DNA of 63,798 nucleotides, taken from positions 1,736,001-1,799,798 of the forward strand of contig OZ320313.1 in assembly GCA_976226885.1 (NCBI GenBank), given 5' to 3'. This DNA comes from Iphione sp. A-MEVVRFRX5 (lineage: Eukaryota). The translations under genes and the position numbers were made by a program. How positions within the stretch are numbered: the stretch's first letter is position 1; every line of letters starts with the position of its first letter. This document shows positions 63,346-63,798 of this stretch, piece by piece. Under the pieces are notes generated by a model. The model had not been told where the DNA came from. It saw only the letters and a program-made list of their open reading frames with translations, and searched no databases.

Positions 63346-63798
63346 ACGAAGGATTAATTCTAAGATTATTCTGCCTAAGGGGAGGGGGGGATCTGGTGTT
63401 GCCCTGACAATACACATGGATCATGGGGGTGGGATTGCCTTGGAGACAAGGACATGTTTCTTTGGGGATGAAAAGGAGAGGCAGAGGCGCCGAGAAAACT
63501 GCACGGAGAGCGGGAGAGAGTGAAAGTGCAGTTCTAAAACCCAGCTTGATATTTGGCGCCTGGTTTAAGCGGCGGCCTCTTTGACAGAAAAAAAACACCA
63601 ACAACAACACACACACACACACACGGAGAGAGCGTTAAGACATGGGCTTCTAAACAAGCTGCGGCTCGACAAACAGAAAAGGACAAGGGGCTAGTCTGGC
63701 TCGCCGCCGCCGCCGCCGCCGGCATTTACAGGCGCAAATAGATGCCCGGGAAACGGCTCCCGAGGAAAACCAATTGAAAAAAAATAAATCTCAAAGAA

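Overview
Eukaryotic (animal) genomic DNA, most likely a lophotrochozoan and probably an annelid, judged from the protein family only. The window has six N-gaps (1665-1810, 5128-5472, 11018-11295, 12552-12861, 36168-36337, 44211-44344). I can support one protein-coding gene, on the minus strand and spanning the whole window. It is a single-pass cell-surface protein: SUEL/rhamnose-binding-lectin-like domain (55312-55025), CUB domain (51433-51056), short sushi/CCP-like domain (9739-9587) and a transmembrane exon (811-730). These four exons have canonical AG/GT boundaries and join in frame (phases 1-1-1, ending in phase 2). The cytoplasmic exon(s) lie left of the window; the signal-peptide exon is uncertain (candidate 57369-57192). 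The rest is intron: about 20 unrelated minisatellite arrays, several MITEs, a probable LTR end, a tRNA-derived SINE head, purine/pyrimidine tracts and many CpG-rich promoter/enhancer-like islands with CTCF, NRF1, CCAAT and nuclear-receptor motifs. Nearly all ORFs in the supplied track are spurious. Most notable are (i) a candidate internal first exon (3641-3406) with hydrophobic segments that is phase-compatible with replacing the whole ectodomain plus TM, (ii) further candidate internal promoters/first exons, and (iii) a tandem amplification of the CUB exon's 3' splice site.
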